A DNA stretch of 57,549 nt, counting the filler. It is 5 parts of 5 records of this genome, joined end to end, with 100 filler letters (N's around TTAATTAATTAA, not from the genome) between each part and the next. Parts side by side here need not be neighbours in the genome. Positions count along the whole stretch, not along the records: positions 1 to 10,962 come from SRR20825019_3150; 4 more parts are not named here. One strand, given 5' to 3'. The position numbers and the translations under genes are program-made. Below the pieces are notes generated by a model. The model was given only the letters and a program-made list of their open reading frames with translations, ran no database searches and had not been told where the DNA came from. Positions 1 to 8,837 of the stretch are shown piece by piece. The first letter of the stretch is position 1; the number at the start of each line of letters is the position of its first letter.

Positions 1-2
1 TC

Positions 3-380
3 GCCTATCACAACCACGATTTCGAGATGTTGCCATTGCCCGACGGCAGCTATCCGATCGAGCACCTCCTGGGCGACAAGGTCCCATTCGAACCCGATCT
101 CGCGTGGATCGTAGTGGGCAAGGCCGATCCGCTGCACTGGCTCGAAAGATACCAGGGCCGCATCCCCGCCGTGCATGTGAAGGATCTGGCGCGCGAGGGC
201 GAAAGCCTCGACGAAAAGGGCTTTGCCGATCTCGGACACGGCACGATGGACTGGCAGACCCTGTGGGACGCCAGCGTGGCGGCGGGCTCAAAGCTCATGG
301 TGGTCGAGCATGACCAGCCCAGCGACTGGAAGCGTTTTGCCACGCGTTCGATCCAGACCCTGAAAAAGCTCGGCCAGTAA
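3..380 (+). CDS. Sugar phosphate isomerase/epimerase (xylose isomerase-like TIM barrel, IolE/AP_endonuc_2 family), 5'-truncated at window edge
   Basis: The frame from nt 3 reads AYHNHDFE. Downstream motifs are EPDLAW, HVKD, DLGHGTMDW and VVEHD, all typical of this family. Confidence 0.85.
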   Translation, partial: AYHNHDFEMLPLPDGSYPIEHLLGDKVPFEPDLAWIVVGKADPLHWLERYQGRIPAVHVKDLAREGESLDEKGFADLGHGTMDWQTLWDASVAAGSKLMVVEHDQPSDWKRFATRSIQTLKKLGQ

Positions 381-469
381 TCCGGCGCCCTATGCCGGTC
401 CAGCGTCTTCCGGATCACCTCCCGGACCCGGAAGGCGCGCTCCATATTCAGCACATCAGGACTATTGCC

Positions 470-2128
470 ATGACGACCCCCTCGTTCGACGCCATTATTG
501 TGGGCTCCGGCGCCTCGGGCAGTTTCGCTGCACGGGAACTGACCGCCCAGGGTCTCAAGGTCCTTTTGCTCGAAGCCGGGCGCGAAGTGACACCGGACGA
601 TTTCGATCCGGCCCGCAAGCCAAAGAAAGTGCAGCCCATCAATATCGCCGAACGCGCTTTGGCAACCTTGGGCGGACAGTCGGTGCAATCGCGGGCGGCG
701 TTTTTCCGCGGCATGCTGAGCCGTTTCTATGTCAATGATCGCGACAACCCCTATACCACGCCGAAGGACGCGCCGTTCGTGTGGATCCGAGGCCGGCAGG
801 CCGGAGGACGGACCCATACATTCGGGCGGGTGCTGTTGCGCTGGACCGATGATGATTTCAAGGGTCTCAGCCGCACCGGGCGCGGCGCCGACTGGCCTAT
901 CTCCTATGCCGATCTCGAGCCCTATTACGACGAGGTGGAAACCTGTCTTGGCCTTTATGGCAATGCGGACAATTTGGAATCCCTCCCCGATGGGAAATAC
1001 AAGGCGCCCGCCAAGCTCAGTCCCGCCGAGGAGCAGTTCAAGCAGGCTGTCGAGACCCGTTGGCCCGAGCGGCATGTGGTCGCCTGGCGCTCTATTGCCC
1101 CCGAGCCCAGCCGGGTCCTGCGTCCCATGCAGGATGCCAAGGCCACCGGAAATTTGACCATTCGCTACAACGCCATTGCCCGCCGCGTGCTGACCGATGG
1201 GCAGCGGGCCACCGGCGTTGAAGTCATCGATGCGCTCACGGGGGTATCCGAAACGCTTGCGGCCGAGCACATCGTTGTCTGCGCTTCGCCGATTGAAAGT
1301 GTCCGGCTGCTGCTCAACTCACGATCGGCCGATCATCCCGACGGGCTGGGCAATTCCAGCGGTCACCTGGGGCGATATTTCATGGATCAGGTGCCCATGC
1401 TGGGCTTTGGCATCTACCCGCCGACCAAGGGCGGCTGGACCGGCGAGGACAGCCAGCCCAAGGATCCATTCTACGATCCATCTGGCGGCATCTTCATTCC
1501 GCGCTTTGACGCCACTGGCAATCCGGCGGCACGCGGCGAGTTCGATTTTCAGGGCGGGATCGGGCGCGGCGGCAGCCCCGATGACCCGGCTTCCTTGTTG
1601 TTCTTCGGCTTCGGGCAGATGCTGCCGCACGCCGACAACAGGGTAAGCCTGGATCTTAAACGCAAGGACCGCTGGGGTATTCCGGTACCCCATATCCGCT
1701 GCAAGATGCACGCCGAAGAGAAGGATCTGCTCGCCCGCCAGGAGGCCGCCTTCCTTGAGACCATCAATGGCGCCGGTGGGCATGTTGAATTTCTCGGATC
1801 GCCCAATGGCATCCGCGAATGGGGCCGGGGCGCCTATCCCGAGGCCGATCCGGTTTCGCGCTTCCTTTTCAAGCGCTTCTTCGGCCAGGTCATGGTGATG
1901 GGGGCCGCGATCCACGAGGCCGGCGGCGCCCGCATGGGCACGGACCCCGCCAACTCGGTGCTTAACCAATGGGGGCAGTGTTGGGACGCGCCCAATGTCT
2001 GGGTCACCGATGCCAGCGCCTTTGCGACCGGCGGCGTTTCTGGAACCACCCTGACGATCATGGCGCAGACACTGCGCGCCTGCCGGAGATTGGCCAGTGA
2101 GAATTGCTCCCGGCAAGTGGCGGCTTAG
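470..2128 (+). CDS. GMC family FAD oxidoreductase (glycoside 3-dehydrogenase / gluconate dehydrogenase-like)
   Basis: ATG at 470 follows AGGA. FAD-binding DAIIVGSGASG, GGRT, WPISYADLEPYY, LGRYFMD, and C-terminal HEAGGARMG...SVLNQWGQCWDAPN. Confidence 0.9.
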   Translation: MTTPSFDAIIVGSGASGSFAARELTAQGLKVLLLEAGREVTPDDFDPARKPKKVQPINIAERALATLGGQSVQSRAAFFRGMLSRFYVNDRDNPYTTPKDAPFVWIRGRQAGGRTHTFGRVLLRWTDDDFKGLSRTGRGADWPISYADLEPYYDEVETCLGLYGNADNLESLPDGKYKAPAKLSPAEEQFKQAVETRWPERHVVAWRSIAPEPSRVLRPMQDAKATGNLTIRYNAIARRVLTDGQRATGVEVIDALTGVSETLAAEHIVVCASPIESVRLLLNSRSADHPDGLGNSSGHLGRYFMDQVPMLGFGIYPPTKGGWTGEDSQPKDPFYDPSGGIFIPRFDATGNPAARGEFDFQGGIGRGGSPDDPASLLFFGFGQMLPHADNRVSLDLKRKDRWGIPVPHIRCKMHAEEKDLLARQEAAFLETINGAGGHVEFLGSPNGIREWGRGAYPEADPVSRFLFKRFFGQVMVMGAAIHEAGGARMGTDPANSVLNQWGQCWDAPNVWVTDASAFATGGVSGTTLTIMAQTLRACRRLASENCSRQVAA

Positions 2129-2351
2129 GTTGCGGCATGTGTCTCAAACCACTTGCCGCTACGCGCCCCGTTTCAGCCGTTCAATCCGTCTTCGACGTTT
2201 CCTACGAGCCGATAGTCCGCATGGGCTTCCCGGAAGCCAAATTGCCGGGAAGCTGAGGGAGGTTTGCTCATCGGTTCTACGGCTCCGAAAGTTGGCTTTT
2301 TGCTGATGCCCAACATTTATCTTGGCTTACTCAGGACGTGAGATGGCCAAA

Positions 2352-2520
2352 TCATCCAAGCAACAGGCAGGGTGCCAGCCCCAGATCGGCCGGATGGTTC
2401 CGTATGAAAAGCAGCGCCAAACCGGCGACCAGTGCAAGCATCAGCACCACGAATGTCAAGGCGCCGCGCCAGCCGACGGCCACATTCAGGCTGGCTAGGA
2501 GCGGCATTGCCAGCGCATCG
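2352..2520 (-). pseudogene. Remnant of an MFS transporter (about two TM helices plus the central loop)
   Basis: Translates as MPLLASLNVAVGWRGALTFVVLMLALVAGLALLFIRNHPADLGLAP. GWR...R.xPxDLGLxP is typical of the end of the MFS N-terminal half. No full-length ORF is present. Confidence 0.6.
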
Positions 2521-2626
2521 GCAACAGTTCGAATTGCCTTAACCCAGAGTCCTGTCACGAGGAGTTTTTTGGCGGTTGTGACCCCATCCTCCCATGCCTA
2601 GCCTCCGACGACTTCTCGGAGTTTCC

Positions 2627-3979
2627 ATGACAGCTCGCAGCACCATCCCAATCATCGCCGTTGAAGAAGGGCTCATCGCCTCTGCCGGCTTATCCCCTGC
2701 GGCCGCCTTCTGGGCCCAGGCAAACGGGTTCACCGGCCAGCGTGGCCAGGTCTTGGCGCTGCCGGGACCCAATGGGACATTGGTCGGACAGCTCTTTGGC
2801 GTCGGCAAGGAGGCCGGTCGTTCTCCTCTGGTTTTGGGGCTGGCCGGAGCACAGCTTTCCGATGGCGACTACCATCTTGAAGGCGCCTATGGCGACGCGC
2901 AGCTGGCTACGATCGGGTTCCGGCTCGGGGCCTATCGATACGATCGATATCGGTCTTCTGGCGTGGCGCCCCGGGTCGTCGCGCCACCCGGCGCAGACAG
3001 TGCAGAAATCGACCGCATGGTCGAAGCTGCCGTCCTAGCGCGCGATCTCATCAATACCCCGGCTAGCGATCTGGGGCCGGATGATTTCGACGCGGCGATC
3101 CGCGACTTCGCCCAAGCCCGCGGCATGAGCTGCATGGCCGTGGTGGGCGGCGACCTTCTTGGCGCCAATTTCCCGATGATCCATGCCGTTGGCAGGGCCG
3201 CCAACCAGCCTCCACGCTTGATGGACCTGAGCTGGGGCAAGGAAACCGACCCGAAGATCACGCTGGTCGGCAAGGGCGTGACTTTCGATACCGGCGGTCT
3301 CGATATCAAGACAGCGTCCGGCATGCTCCTGATGAAAAAGGATATGGGTGGTGCGGCCAATGTGCTTGGCCTTGCCCATGCGATCGTGTCGGCTGGTCTG
3401 CCCGTGCGCCTGCGCGTCCTGATCCCGATCGTGGAAAATGCCATCGCTAGCGACAGCTTTCGGCCTGGAGATGTGCTGCGGTCGCGCAAGGGGCTGACCG
3501 TGGAGATCGGCAATACCGATGCGGAGGGCCGATTGATCCTGGCAGACGCGCTGGCCTTGGCGGATGAAGAGAGCCCGGAGCTGCTGTTGGACATGGCCAC
3601 CTTGACCGGTGCGGCGCGCGTGGCTCTGGGGCCCGAATTGCCTGCACTCTATTCGACCGACGATCATCTGGCGCGCGATCTTATGACCTCCGGCATCAAG
3701 GTGGACGATCCGCTCTGGCAGATGCCGCTGTGGTCACCCTATGACGAGATGATGAGCTCCAGGATCGCCGACGTGAACAATGTCGGTACCGGCGGTTTCG
3801 CGGGTTCCATCACGGCCGCATTGTTTCTCCGGCGTTTTGTCGAAAGGGCGAAGGCCTGGGTTCACCTGGACATCATGGCCTGGGCACCGGAGGCCCGCCC
3901 GGGTCGCCCCTTCGGCGGAACCGACCACGGAATTCGATCGGTTTATGACGTGCTCAGCCAGCGCTATCCCAAGCGCTGA
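2627..3979 (+). CDS. Leucyl aminopeptidase family protein (peptidase M17, PepB-like)
   Basis: ATG at 2627 follows GGAG. M17 motifs VGKGVTFDTGG, MKKDMGGAA, NTDAEGRL and DMATLTGA. Confidence 0.93.
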   Translation: MTARSTIPIIAVEEGLIASAGLSPAAAFWAQANGFTGQRGQVLALPGPNGTLVGQLFGVGKEAGRSPLVLGLAGAQLSDGDYHLEGAYGDAQLATIGFRLGAYRYDRYRSSGVAPRVVAPPGADSAEIDRMVEAAVLARDLINTPASDLGPDDFDAAIRDFAQARGMSCMAVVGGDLLGANFPMIHAVGRAANQPPRLMDLSWGKETDPKITLVGKGVTFDTGGLDIKTASGMLLMKKDMGGAANVLGLAHAIVSAGLPVRLRVLIPIVENAIASDSFRPGDVLRSRKGLTVEIGNTDAEGRLILADALALADEESPELLLDMATLTGAARVALGPELPALYSTDDHLARDLMTSGIKVDDPLWQMPLWSPYDEMMSSRIADVNNVGTGGFAGSITAALFLRRFVERAKAWVHLDIMAWAPEARPGRPFGGTDHGIRSVYDVLSQRYPKR

Positions 3980-4007
3980 CATCCGCGCCAGTGGCCCGAT
4001 AGACCGT

Positions 4008-4898
4008 CTATGTCAGCTGATCGAGAACCCACTGCCTGAAAACCATGACGCGCGGCAGGCCGGCCTTTGTCTCGGGCGTGACCAGGTAATAGGCCCCCGG
4101 CCCGGCAATGCGCTCGGGAAACGGAGACATCAACTGGCCTGCTGCCAGCTCTTCTTCGATCAGGAATGTCGGCAGCAAGGCCATGCCGAGGCCCGCCTTG
4201 GCAGCCTCGATGATCATGAAGAAGTGCTCGAGCCGCGGCCCCCAGTCGATATTGGGCAGGTCCGAGCCGATCGAGCGAAACCAATGTTCCCAGCTGTCGG
4301 GCCGGGTCGAGTGATCGATGAGGCGAAAGCTCTCAAGCTGGGTTGGTGAGGTCAGGGGCGGCCGCCCTTCCAGAATGACAGGCGAGCAGACGACCTGCAC
4401 CTCTTCGCTCATCAGCGGATCGATGATGGCGTCCGACCACTGGCCATGGCCGAAGCGAATGGCGATGTCGATGCGCTCGCGGGTAAAGTCGAGATCGCCA
4501 TCGCTGGAGACCACGTTCACCGAAACATTGGGATAAAGTTTCTGGAACGAGGGCAGTCGCGGCAGCAACCAGCGGGTGCCGAAGGTGGGCAGCATGCCGA
4601 CCGAGAGTGTTCCCTTGCCGGCCTTGGAACTCATCAGCTCGACAGTGCCGGCTTCGAGCAGATCCAGCGAGCGGCTGACAAGGCGGCTATAGTAGAGCCC
4701 TTGGTCAGTCAGCTGGATGCGGCGGCTGCGGCGGGTGAACAGAGGCACTTCAAGATAGTCTTCTAGGCTGTGGACCAGACGGCTCGCGGCGCTTTGGGTG
4801 ACGTTCAGTTCTTCTGCCGCGCGCGTGAAGGAGTTGTGCCGCGCGACGGCTTCGAAGGTCTTTAATGCGTTGAGGGAGGGGAGAACGCGGCGTTTCAT
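4008..4898 (-). CDS. LysR family transcriptional regulator, GcvA-like
   Basis: LPSLNALKTFEAVARHNSFTRAAEELNVTQSA HTH, plus WLLPRL and DIAIRFGHGQW. Divergent from the operon starting at 5023. Confidence 0.95.
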   Translation of the reverse strand: MKRRVLPSLNALKTFEAVARHNSFTRAAEELNVTQSAASRLVHSLEDYLEVPLFTRRSRRIQLTDQGLYYSRLVSRSLDLLEAGTVELMSSKAGKGTLSVGMLPTFGTRWLLPRLPSFQKLYPNVSVNVVSSDGDLDFTRERIDIAIRFGHGQWSDAIIDPLMSEEVQVVCSPVILEGRPPLTSPTQLESFRLIDHSTRPDSWEHWFRSIGSDLPNIDWGPRLEHFFMIIEAAKAGLGMALLPTFLIEEELAAGQLMSPFPERIAGPGAYYLVTPETKAGLPRVMVFRQWVLDQLT

Positions 4899-4905
4899 GG
4901 ATTAT

Positions 4906-4922
4906 CATTCCATAGGATCATG
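4906..4922. promoter_or_regulatory. Putative LysR recognition site (T-N11-A with CAT...ATG dyad)
   Basis: CATTCCATAGGATCATG lies directly upstream of the LysR start, in the 124-nt divergent intergenic region. It fits the established T-N11-A LTTR box. Confidence 0.5.
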
Positions 4923-5022
4923 CAAGCGCAATCTTTATGCGCCTTGCAGCACGACGCCAAGCGGTTAGCTTTTTAACACGGCGCAAAAGTCGCCGGCCCG
5001 TTTTTGACCCTTGGACCTGCAA

Positions 5023-5433
5023 ATGATTCCATTTCACATGGCCTTCGCCGTTTCGGACAAAGAAAGCACCCGAAAATTCTATGGCGAGATCATTGGCTGC
5101 AAGGTCGGCCGTGAAGCCGAGAACTGGATAGACTTCGACTTCTTCGGTCATCAGCTCTCGGCGCATATCAACACCGATCCCAAGCCCGTGGCCAAGTCCA
5201 AGGTCGGTAATGACATGGTGCCCTTGCATCACTTCGGTGCCGTTCTGCCCTGGGACACCTGGAACGGACTGATCGAGCGCCTGCGCAGCGCCGACTATCC
5301 CTTCGTCATGGAGCCCAAAATCCGCTTCGAGGGCGAGCCGGGCGAGCAGGGAACGTTCTTTCTCCTCGATCCGTCCGGCAATGCGATGGAGTTCAAGTCC
5401 TTCCGCAATCCCGATGCAATTTTCGAACACTGA
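5023..5433 (+). CDS. VOC/glyoxalase superfamily protein (COG3565-like)
   Basis: PFHMAF, WIDFDFFGHQL, HFG and DPSGNAMEFK. His/His/His/Glu metal ligands are retained. Confidence 0.9.
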   Translation: MIPFHMAFAVSDKESTRKFYGEIIGCKVGREAENWIDFDFFGHQLSAHINTDPKPVAKSKVGNDMVPLHHFGAVLPWDTWNGLIERLRSADYPFVMEPKIRFEGEPGEQGTFFLLDPSGNAMEFKSFRNPDAIFEH

Positions 5434-5442
5434 GTTTTACCC

Positions 5443-6627
5443 ATGAATTCCTTCGACATCGGTCGCGACCTCACTTCCATCACTATGGGCATCGACGCCT
5501 ATGAACGGCGCCAGCCCGCCGATCGCAGCCTGCTGGGTGGTGAAGGCCTGGTGCCGATATATCTCGGCGGCGACAGCATCGCGGCCCGCCATTACGACGG
5601 TGTCGACGCGATCAAGGCCGATCTCGACACGCTTGCCAGCGCCGCGGAGGCCCTCCCGGCCGGGCCGCGCAAGGTGTTCCTGCAGGGCATGATCCGCTCG
5701 GTTCGCACCGCCACCAAGATGCTGGCCGGCGCGAGCCCCAGCTTCGAAGAAAAGGTCACCCATCTGGTTGGCGCCCCTGCCGGCCGGGAAGATGAAGCGG
5801 TGATCGAAGACGCCCGCGCCAAGCTGGACGCAGTGCTGAAGCGCTCCGGCTTTGTGAACGGCTCGCTCGGCGAGCGGGTGGCCGCCTGGGAAGAGGCCCG
5901 CGCCGTGCCGGTCGAGCAGGTCGAGACCGTGTTCCGCGAGCTGATGGTCCAGGCCAAGGCAAAGACCGACGCCATGATCTTCGATACCGGCGGCTATGAC
6001 ATGGTCCTCAACCCGGTGCGCGGCATGTTCTACACGGCCCGGTGTTCATTCAACGAAGGCAAGATGGACCTCAATTTCGACCTGAGCTTTACGCGCGCTG
6101 CGCTCAAGCACCTGGTCTGCCATGAAGTCTATCCCGGCCACTCGACGCAGCTCCTCTCGACCAAGGCGGCAGTGGACGCAGGCGAAGCGCCGGCCGATGC
6201 GCTGCTTATCACCACCGATGCCATTACCGGCTGCGTGCAGGAAGGGATCGGCGACCAGGGCGTGCACCTGATCGATTTCGTCGAGGACGACGACGATGCC
6301 ATCCATATCGAACTGCGCCGCGTGCGCTCTGCTGCCCAGACCAGCGCCGCCTGGATGCTGATGGTGGAAGGGGTGCCGCGCGAGGACGTCGCCAATTATC
6401 TGCGCACCACCGCAATGGGGCAGGAAGCCTGGGTGCAGGGGCGCCTGCGCATGGCCGCCCATCCGTTCCGCGGCCCGTTCATTTCCTCCTACTGGGCCGG
6501 CAACGAGATCGTCCGCAAGGTGCGCGAGCGCGTGACCGACGCCGAGCGGCCCGCCTTCATCAAGGCGCTCTACTCCTACGCCAATTCGCCCGAGAGCCTC
6601 TCGATGTTCCCACAGATTGCCAACTAG
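5443..6627 (+). CDS. Cytoplasmic DUF885-like putative zinc metallohydrolase (short form)
   Basis: HEVYPGH motif, downstream QEGIG and SYWAG. This parallels the HExxPGH...EG.A...YxxG pattern of DUF885. No signal peptide. Confidence 0.65.
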   Translation: MNSFDIGRDLTSITMGIDAYERRQPADRSLLGGEGLVPIYLGGDSIAARHYDGVDAIKADLDTLASAAEALPAGPRKVFLQGMIRSVRTATKMLAGASPSFEEKVTHLVGAPAGREDEAVIEDARAKLDAVLKRSGFVNGSLGERVAAWEEARAVPVEQVETVFRELMVQAKAKTDAMIFDTGGYDMVLNPVRGMFYTARCSFNEGKMDLNFDLSFTRAALKHLVCHEVYPGHSTQLLSTKAAVDAGEAPADALLITTDAITGCVQEGIGDQGVHLIDFVEDDDDAIHIELRRVRSAAQTSAAWMLMVEGVPREDVANYLRTTAMGQEAWVQGRLRMAAHPFRGPFISSYWAGNEIVRKVRERVTDAERPAFIKALYSYANSPESLSMFPQIAN

Positions 6628-6642
6628 GAAAGTCCAGGCCCC

Positions 6643-7725
6643 ATGAAATTTACGATTATCGGTGCCGGCGCCATTGGCGGTCTGGCCGGCGCCTACATGT
6701 CCAAAGCTGGCCACGACGTCTTGCTGGTCGATCGCTGGAAAGAGCATGTCGACGCCCTCAATGCCAATGGCATGGTCATCGATGGCGTGCGTGGCGACCT
6801 CACGCTCAAGGTCAAGGCGGCAACGCCGGACCAGCTCTTGGGCGATCTTGGCGTGGTTCTGATTGCCACCAAGTCGCAGCACACGCTTGAAGCCCTCAAG
6901 CAGATCGTGCCGCTCTTGACGCCGCAAAGCGCCATTGTCTCCTATCAGAACGGCTTCAACGAGCCGGACATGATCACCCTGCTCGACGCAGCGGGCCTGC
7001 CCGGTAAGGACATGGTCATAGGCTCGATCCCCAATTATGGCGGCGCGCTGGTTGATCCGGGCTATATCGAATTCGTCCATGAGGGTCCGATTCAGCTGGG
7101 CGAGTTGAGTGGCGAGATGTCGCCGCGCCTTAAGGAGATCGGTGACGCGCTGACGGCGCTGACCGAAGTGCAATATTCGGACCGCATCTGGGGCCAGATC
7201 TGGGCCAAGGAGGTCTATTCCGCCCAGGTCGTGTTCTCGGCCCTCGCAGACGCCAAGATCCGCGACACGCTTGGCGTCGAACGCTACGCGCGCCTTGCCG
7301 GCGCCGTGGTCAAGGAAGCTCTTGAGATCGCCGACGCCAATAATATCGACATCCAGGCCTTCGATTTCTTCGATCCGGCCAATTACCGGGTCAAAACTGC
7401 GGAGGACACCAAGAAGCTGCTGGCCAATATCGACCATGCCATCTGGCTCCTGAAAAAAGACCAGGACAACAAGCCCACCCATGACTTCAAGAAGAAGGGC
7501 TCGGGCATCTGGTGGGACATTGTCTATCGCAAGCGTCCGTCCGAAACCCGCGCCTTTGCCGGCAAGCTCATCGAATTCGGCAGACAAGCCGGCGCCGATA
7601 CCCGTCTCAACGAAAAGATGGTCGGCATGATCTACGAGATCGAGGACGGCATGCGCCAGCTCGGCTTCCACAATTATGATGAACTCGAAGCCTATGCGGC
7701 CGAGATTGGAAAGACCCTGCCATGA
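6643..7725 (+). CDS. Ketopantoate reductase family (ApbA/PanE-like) NAD(P) oxidoreductase
   Basis: GAGAIGG Rossmann motif, ATKS, QNG, IWAK (catalytic Lys position) and RKRPSE (catalytic Glu position). Confidence 0.85.
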   Translation: MKFTIIGAGAIGGLAGAYMSKAGHDVLLVDRWKEHVDALNANGMVIDGVRGDLTLKVKAATPDQLLGDLGVVLIATKSQHTLEALKQIVPLLTPQSAIVSYQNGFNEPDMITLLDAAGLPGKDMVIGSIPNYGGALVDPGYIEFVHEGPIQLGELSGEMSPRLKEIGDALTALTEVQYSDRIWGQIWAKEVYSAQVVFSALADAKIRDTLGVERYARLAGAVVKEALEIADANNIDIQAFDFFDPANYRVKTAEDTKKLLANIDHAIWLLKKDQDNKPTHDFKKKGSGIWWDIVYRKRPSETRAFAGKLIEFGRQAGADTRLNEKMVGMIYEIEDGMRQLGFHNYDELEAYAAEIGKTLP

Positions 7726-8837
7726 CCAGCAAACTCGGTGTCGGCCTGATCGGCGCGCATACCTGGGCCGACAAGGCACATCTTCCCGGCTATAAGGCGC
7801 ATGAGCGGGTCGACCTGATCGCCGTGTGCGATATCGACCCCGATCGCGCCAAGACCATGGGCGAGAAATATGGGGCGCGGAAAGTCTATTCGGACCCCGA
7901 AAAGCTGATCGCCGACCCGGATGTGCAGATGGTCGACGTCTGCACGCCCACCCACACGCACCTGCCCTTGAGCCTCCTGGCGATCAATGGCGGCAAGCAT
8001 GTTCTCTCAGAAAAGCCGCTCCACACCGAAGCCAAGCCGGCCTTCGACGCAGCGACCGCGGCCGATGCCAAAGGCGTGCGCACCAAGCTCGGATTTACCT
8101 TCCGCTATTCGCCCGCCATCCGTCAGCTCAAGACGTGGATCGACGACGGCACGCTGGGCGAAATCTTCCATATCCATGGCTTCGAGCAGAATTCGCAGTG
8201 GCTCGATCCCGATTTCCCGCTGCGCCAGGTGGCGCCGGGCGCCGATCGCAGCAAGCTGATCCCGTCGTCCATCATCGGCTATGGCTCGCACCTGATCGAC
8301 CTGATGCGCTGGCTTGGTGGTGAATTCGGCTCTGTCGCCTCCACCATGAAGAACTTCATTCCCGAGCGCGTCGTGCGCGGCGAGCCGGGCCGCCAGCGTG
8401 TGCTGGTGGAAGACGGCGCCGTGGCGCTGGTCGAATATGCCAATGGCACGCAGGGCCTGCTCCAGACCAGCTATGTGGCGGTCGGCAATTATCCGGGCGT
8501 CGAAATCCGGGTCTATGGCTCCAAGGGTGCTGCGGTTGCGCGGCTGATTTCGGAATTCGGCACGGCCGAAACGCTGAAATTCGCCACCGCCGAGGAAGTC
8601 GAATTCAAGCCCTTCGAGATCGCCAGCGCGGCGCTGCCGCCCGGCACGACGCTCAACACGCCCTGGCCCGAACTCTATTATCGCAACCTGGTGCGCTTCT
8701 TTGTCGATGAAATCCTCGAGGACCGGCCACAGGAATGCACTTTCTTTGATGGTGCCAAGAGCCAGGAGATCGTCGACGCGATTATCCTGGCACACTACGA
8801 GCGCCGCTGGGTCGACCTGCCGGGCAAGCCGGCATGA
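7722..8837 (+). CDS. Gfo/Idh/MocA family oxidoreductase
   Basis: VDVCTPTHTH, GKHVLSEKP, GFTFRYSP and YGSHLIDL. ATGA overlap with the upstream stop. Confidence 0.92.
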   Translation: MTSKLGVGLIGAHTWADKAHLPGYKAHERVDLIAVCDIDPDRAKTMGEKYGARKVYSDPEKLIADPDVQMVDVCTPTHTHLPLSLLAINGGKHVLSEKPLHTEAKPAFDAATAADAKGVRTKLGFTFRYSPAIRQLKTWIDDGTLGEIFHIHGFEQNSQWLDPDFPLRQVAPGADRSKLIPSSIIGYGSHLIDLMRWLGGEFGSVASTMKNFIPERVVRGEPGRQRVLVEDGAVALVEYANGTQGLLQTSYVAVGNYPGVEIRVYGSKGAAVARLISEFGTAETLKFATAEEVEFKPFEIASAALPPGTTLNTPWPELYYRNLVRFFVDEILEDRPQECTFFDGAKSQEIVDAIILAHYERRWVDLPGKPA

